Origin: an uncultured Erysipelotrichaceae bacterium
GTDB lineage: Bacteria > Bacillota_I > Bacilli_A > Erysipelotrichales > Erysipelotrichaceae
DNA: 32,000 nt
Assembly: GCA_942493105.1 (NCBI GenBank)
Contig: OW818668.1
Location: 780,001 to 812,000, forward strand
Reading direction: 5' to 3'
Shown: in pieces, positions 28,066-32,000 of the stretch
Layout: each line of letters starts with the position of its first letter
Position numbering within the stretch: the first letter of the stretch is position 1
Translations under genes and position numbers: made by a program
The notes under the pieces: generated by a model
Database searches by the model: none
Told to the model about the DNA's origin: nothing
What the model saw: only the letters and a program-made list of their open reading frames with translations

Positions 28066-28089
28066 ATTTAGAAAAGAGGTAACTGTCTT

Positions 28090-28671
28090 ATGAATAAAAG
28101 AATGGAAATCACTGCCCGAACAAAACAGAACATTACTGATGCCTTCTGGGATATTTACCGTGAAAAGCGAATCGAGAAAATCACGATTAAAGAAATAACA
28201 AATAAGGCGGGTTATAATCGCGGAACTTTCTATGAGTACTTTTCAGACGTCTATGATGTGTTGGATGACATAGAAAACTCACTCATACCTTCACTAAATG
28301 AATTGCCTCCTGTTTCCACATCAATGGGAACCATAGGGATGCCAATCGAGGTTTTTCTTGTTTTCTGGGAACAAAACTCAAACTACTATTCTGTCTTGCT
28401 TGGAGATAAAGGAGATCCTGCTTTTGCGAGCAAGTTAAAAAACTCTATTAAACCAATCATTATGAAGTCACTTAAAGATAAACCAAATATCGATTTAGAA
28501 GACATGGAATATGTACTGGAATATACACTTTCAGCGATGATCGGGGTTATGAGCTACTGGTTTACGAAAGAAAACGATTCTTATAGAGACAAACTTTTCA
28601 AACTCATCCATACCTTGATGGAAGATGGAATAATGAAACACTTGCCACTTTTGAGTGATGAAATAATTTGA
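28090..28671 (+). CDS. TetR/AcrR family transcriptional regulator
   Basis: The N-terminal HTH is ITIKEITNKAGYNRGTFYEYFSDVYDVL. The protein is 193 aa and is divergent from the GT1 gene. AAGAGG RBS precedes the start. Confidence 0.85.
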   Translation: MNKRMEITARTKQNITDAFWDIYREKRIEKITIKEITNKAGYNRGTFYEYFSDVYDVLDDIENSLIPSLNELPPVSTSMGTIGMPIEVFLVFWEQNSNYYSVLLGDKGDPAFASKLKNSIKPIIMKSLKDKPNIDLEDMEYVLEYTLSAMIGVMSYWFTKENDSYRDKLFKLIHTLMEDGIMKHLPLLSDEII

Positions 28672-28813
28672 AGATATTGAAACTTGGAAAGAGCCTCTTC
28701 AAAATATTACATTTTCCAACACAGGGATAAGATCAGCACAATACATCTCAACTAAAAGTCAACCAAACTATCCTGAGAAGGACGGTTTTATATGAATTGA
28801 CATTCCGAATGGT

Positions 28814-28840
28814 TTTAAAAAAACACCCATCTGTGTTTAC
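28814..28840 (-). terminator. weak candidate terminator for the GH17-like gene
   Basis: On the minus strand: AAACAC-AGATGG-GTGTTT followed by T7. The stem is only 6 bp and AT-rich. Confidence 0.3.
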
Positions 28841-28914
28841 CCAAAAAAATCTTTGTTGATTGAAGATTTCTATGTTTGGTGGATTATGCTTCAAGCCAAG
28901 CCATGAGCAGTAAT

Positions 28915-29814
28915 CTATTGTTGGCTGATCCAAGGTTTTCCTTGGCGATCAACTTTATAAATGCCCCAATGCTTCTCAGCTTCCAGTAGATCTGATCCAC
29001 CTTTCCAAGGTTCATCAAAGGCTTCGAAAATAAACATGGTGATTTGGTTCTTCTTGGACCACGCAATCATTTGATCTAAATAGGCTTTTTGATAATCTTC
29101 AGTCGTTTGAGATGTATCCATTTGTTCAGTTGCGCTCGTTGTCCATCCGAATTCTGTAAAAATAACGGGTTTGTCTGGGAAAGTAGCTTTTGTTTTATGA
29201 TATTCATCAATCGTCATGTTAACAGCTTCTGTATATGCAACACGTTGCCACAAGGGATAAACATGGATTGAAATGAAGTCGACTATTTTCGCTAACTCTG
29301 CACCTTGATTGCGCCATTCATGAGCGCCTTCACAGAAGGTGATGGGTAAATCCGTTTTGGATTTCAAGGTTTTCGCATGTTCACACAAAGTCGCAGAACT
29401 CATTTTATTTGGATGCCAATGAGCAGTATTTTCATTCCCAATTGATATCCCCAACACAATGGCTTTATAGCGGTTTGCGAGTGTTGCGACCTGCTCAAGT
29501 TGCGCGATATTCAATGCTTTATGACGCAAGAGTTCATCGTCACTATAAACACCACCCCAGGGACAGTTGGGATTAGATATCTCGCCTTTGGGTTCTACAC
29601 CAAGCAGGACTTTTAAGGGCAAATGATGGGCTGTAATCACCCTTAAAACCGATTCTGCATGTTTTGATATGTCATACATGCGTATGTAATCAAAATGCTT
29701 AGAAAGCAAGACAAGGTCTTCTAGAACCTCAGCATCACTTGGATAAGTTTGCGTAATGGGGCTGTGTCCACTTCTATAACCTGAATAACAGATTGCTGGT
29801 TTGTATTGAAACAT
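28915..29814 (-). CDS. GH17-like glycoside hydrolase (beta-1,3-glucanase/glucosidase-like), no signal peptide
   Basis: It has the (beta/alpha)8 clan GH-A pattern. SIGNENTAHW is the candidate acid/base GNE, and VIFTEFGWTT is the candidate nucleophile, cf. the GH17 TETGWPS motif. The N-terminus AICYSGYRSGHSP resembles bacterial exo-beta-1,3-glucanase-like proteins. I prefer start ATG 29814, which is preceded by AAAGGAAC. Confidence 0.55.
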   Translation of the reverse strand: MFQYKPAICYSGYRSGHSPITQTYPSDAEVLEDLVLLSKHFDYIRMYDISKHAESVLRVITAHHLPLKVLLGVEPKGEISNPNCPWGGVYSDDELLRHKALNIAQLEQVATLANRYKAIVLGISIGNENTAHWHPNKMSSATLCEHAKTLKSKTDLPITFCEGAHEWRNQGAELAKIVDFISIHVYPLWQRVAYTEAVNMTIDEYHKTKATFPDKPVIFTEFGWTTSATEQMDTSQTTEDYQKAYLDQMIAWSKKNQITMFIFEAFDEPWKGGSDLLEAEKHWGIYKVDRQGKPWISQQ

Positions 29815-30108
29815 ATGTGTTCCTTTCATATCAATTTTGATGGATAAAATGAGTCGACATTCATGATGGCTTGAACAATGTTTAGATCTTTTGATTCTGA
29901 TAAACAATGCATCATATCGTCCTTTATTATTTTAACATAGCCTTGATGGACTGCTAGGGATGAAAATTGCTTTTTTTACCAAGTGATAAGACCAACATGA
30001 CTCATCTCGATAAAAAGTCATCTAGGCTATTCTGCAAAGAATGGCTTTATATTCAATTAATAAAATGATGAATGTTTATAAATGAAATATGTTCTGTTTT
30101 TATGATCT

Positions 30109-30681
30109 TTAATAACGTTCAAGCAGCACTTCTTTAAAACGTTCCCCCGGATAAATATACTCTGTTTTCCCGCCAACCGTTTGTGTAACCAACCATCTGA
30201 AGTTAACATCATGATTTATCTTTCTAGTTAACAGTATCCCATTCTCAATATAGTCAAAAAATGCATAGCCATCATTAGCAAAATCCATTTGATTTCGATT
30301 TAATGAAGAAATGATGCTTCGATCAATAAGTTTGGAATAAGCGCAGAGTGAATACTGTGAAAAGAATTTCTCTAGTAAATGAACCATGCTTTTATCAGTT
30401 TGGTACATATCCAATAAATAGAGTGCGATGGTATTGGCAATGCTTTCAAAGTCATCGACTTTGACATCGATAAGAAATATCGTGAGTTTGCTTGCAAAAT
30501 TCATGGCTTGTATACATTTCCGACGATCAAAATAAAAAAGTTTTAATCCCCACTCAAGAAGGGCATCTCCTTGTTGATCTTTAATGATTTGTTTTGAAGC
30601 TACTTGAGGGATGGTATGCATCTCATCAGGCATTTTGATTTTATATCGTTCGATGGTTTGTTTCGTTGCGTAAAGAATCAT
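30109..30681 (-). CDS. hypothetical protein (190 aa, no recognisable catalytic motif)
   Basis: There is a strong RBS (GGAGGA, 7 nt before the ATG) and an uninterrupted 190-codon ORF with no TM or signal peptide. It loosely recalls a conserved Firmicutes protein family of unknown function (possibly DUF6933), but this is unverified. Confidence 0.6.
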   Translation of the reverse strand: MILYATKQTIERYKIKMPDEMHTIPQVASKQIIKDQQGDALLEWGLKLFYFDRRKCIQAMNFASKLTIFLIDVKVDDFESIANTIALYLLDMYQTDKSMVHLLEKFFSQYSLCAYSKLIDRSIISSLNRNQMDFANDGYAFFDYIENGILLTRKINHDVNFRWLVTQTVGGKTEYIYPGERFKEVLLERY

Positions 30682-31052
30682 AGTTATTCCTCCGATAGTT
30701 GAAACACATTATCTGACAAGATGAGTAAGCTAACTAAATTCTGACTACAAGTTTAGTTTAATGGTTGTCTAGATAAAATGGAAGTCATTATAAATATAAA
30801 TTGAATAAATAAAATAGGCAATGAAAAGAAGAGACTTAACTTTGATTGCACTTAACACAACTTAATCATTTCAATAATAAATCAATTGAATTGCGTAAGT
30901 TAAATTGATAATCTAAGATTTCCTGTGAGTATTCTCTAAACAACAGAACAAATTGCTGTAATTCATGTATAGGTGAGATAACTTTGTTAAGATGTTTAAG
31001 AACATTCGACTTTTTGATGAGTTGCTTAGTCTAATAAGAGAAAGAGGTTAGC

Positions 31053-31556
31053 ATGGAGAAAGAAAAGATAAACAAAGCAATTCGTGGTGATGATGAAGCT
31101 TTGGTGGAATATCTTAAATCGATTTCAACTTTATTGCTTAAGACGTCCATGGGATTACTCGGGGACAAAGATCAAGCTAAAGACTGCATTTCTGAAACGA
31201 TTGAGAAAGTATATAAACACCGTAAGAAAGTAAAGCAGAGTGAGTTTTTTCAAACATGGATCATTAGGATCTTAATCAATGAATGTAAAGATGAGTTAAA
31301 AAGAACTCATCGATATGTTGCCTTACCTGAAGATTTTGACATTATCGAACCTTTCAAAGAAGATTATTCCTTTGTTACAGAAACTATGGAAAAGTTACCT
31401 TTTGATTTAAAGCAAATCATTGTCCTTAAGTTTTATAATCAAATGACATTTAAAGAGATTTCTTTGACATTGACCGTACCAGAAAGTACGGTTAAAAGCC
31501 GTTATGCTTTAGCTCTTAAAAAAATGAGAGTAGAATTGGAGGAACTTTATGACTAA
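31053..31556 (+). CDS. ECF-type RNA polymerase sigma-70 family factor
   Basis: At 167 aa it has a region 2 (FQTWIIRILINECKDELKR) and a region 4 HTH (MTFKEISLTLTVPESTVKSRYALALKKMR). AAGAGG RBS precedes the start. Confidence 0.85.
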   Translation: MEKEKINKAIRGDDEALVEYLKSISTLLLKTSMGLLGDKDQAKDCISETIEKVYKHRKKVKQSEFFQTWIIRILINECKDELKRTHRYVALPEDFDIIEPFKEDYSFVTETMEKLPFDLKQIIVLKFYNQMTFKEISLTLTVPESTVKSRYALALKKMRVELEELYD

Positions 31557-32000
31557 TCATGATTCATTCAAGGATTTGATGGTTCAAATCGATCAAGACG
31601 ACATTTCATCGATCGATGAACTCATTGAACATCAAGTTAAAAGATTAAAACGCAAGAAGGTTATCCGTTGGATAACAGTGCCTGTCTTTTCGATTATTTC
31701 GCTTGTTTTGGTCTTTGCGTTATTGGTTAATTTGAACGATGCATTCTATGTTTATGCCATAAGTAATCCTGCATTAAAACCTTTGGTTCAACTCGTCAAT
31801 AACCGTCAAGACATTCTGAGTGCATTTGATAGCGGCTATGTTCAAATCATCGATAAAAAGATTACTGTAGGTGATTATACTCTGGAAGTTGATTCGATTA
31901 TCTCAGATACAAGAAGTATCAATATGTTTTATAAAGTGAGGTATCAAGGGAAACTGGTGGATGAATTTGAACCTTCTCAAAATCCAAGTTTTGATTTTAT
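31549..32000 (+). CDS. anti-sigma factor, DUF4179-type (3' end outside window)
   Basis: This gene is not in the ORF track because it has no stop inside the window. ATG 31549 is preceded by GGAGGA and overlaps the sigma gene by 8 nt. I translated 150 codons by hand without meeting a stop: MTNHDSFKDLMVQIDQDD...KRKKVIRWITVPVFSIISLVLVFALLV (single TM), then a domain resembling DUF4179. Confidence 0.65.
   Translation, partial: MTNHDSFKDLMVQIDQDDISSIDELIEHQVKRLKRKKVIRWITVPVFSIISLVLVFALLVNLNDAFYVYAISNPALKPLVQLVNNRQDILSAFDSGYVQIIDKKITVGDYTLEVDSIISDTRSINMFYKVRYQGKLVDEFEPSQNPSFDF

Noticed and set aside
28875-28884. A 9-nt match (TCCACCAAA, minus strand) to the tmRNA 3' end, considered as a possible att remnant bounding an island.
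   Set aside because: It is only 9 nt and in inverted orientation. A chance match of this length is not unlikely in 64 kb of two-strand sequence (on the order of 0.2 expected for a given 9-mer).
28748-28933. A 61-aa minus-strand ORF lies in the spacer between the TetR gene and the GH17-like gene.
   Set aside because: Its start lies inside the GH17-like coding sequence and it has no RBS. The peptide has no recognisable features. The region is better explained as a 3' UTR and terminator zone.
29815-29907. Upstream extension of the GH17-like ORF (MFIRIKRSKHCSSHHECRL...).
   Set aside because: There is no RBS, whereas the internal ATG 29814 is preceded by AAAGGAAC and starts at the conserved AICYSGY region.
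30799-30910. AATTGA(A/T) motifs recur at 30799, 30884 and 30903 in the AT-rich region upstream of the sigma factor gene.
   Set aside because: These are short AT-only motifs in very AT-rich DNA with irregular spacing (85 and 19 nt). They are not distinguishable from chance without comparative data.
30992-31051. A 19-codon upstream ORF (MFKNIRLFDELLSLIRERG) ends 1 nt before the sigma factor ATG.
   Set aside because: It has no SD-like sequence upstream and I cannot assess its conservation. It most likely arises by chance in AT-rich DNA.

Overview
This looks like a chromosomal window from a low-GC Gram-positive (Bacillota-like) organism. It uses the standard genetic code (TGA is a stop, TGG is Trp) and GGAGG-type ribosome-binding sites. 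Gene content by region:
- nt 1-18,400: a mostly plus-strand housekeeping run. It holds a 5'-truncated solute-binding-like protein, an MFS transporter, ung-folC plus a FolT-like ECF S component (translationally coupled), a nagA-like amidohydrolase, a Cof-type HAD phosphatase (minus strand) and a stand-alone HD-GYP protein. These are followed by glgC-glgD-glgA, pgk-tpiA-eno, a VOC-family protein and secG-rnr-smpB.
- nt 18,481-22,580 (minus strand): a leaderless 5'-nucleotidase/metallophosphatase, then lemA, then a DUF2207-type polytopic membrane protein.
- nt 22,681-26,183: a phnD-phnC-phnE-phnE type ABC importer.
- nt 26,275-26,619: tmRNA (ssrA) with its own consensus promoter and terminator.
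- Downstream of ssrA (26.7-32 kb): an accessory-looking set. It comprises a divergent GT1 glycosyltransferase/TetR pair with repeated operator half-sites, a signal-less GH17-like hydrolase, an AT-rich orphan 190-aa gene, and an ECF sigma factor with an overlapping DUF4179-type anti-sigma factor that runs off the window.
I saw no CRISPR array, IS element, integrase, tRNA or rRNA. I cannot point to a clearly novel system. The best candidates for follow-up are the function-unknown LemA/DUF2207 module (possibly with the upstream phosphatase) and the ssrA-adjacent TetR/GT1/GH17/orphan/ECF cluster. All functional calls rest on motif recognition by eye; no searches were run.
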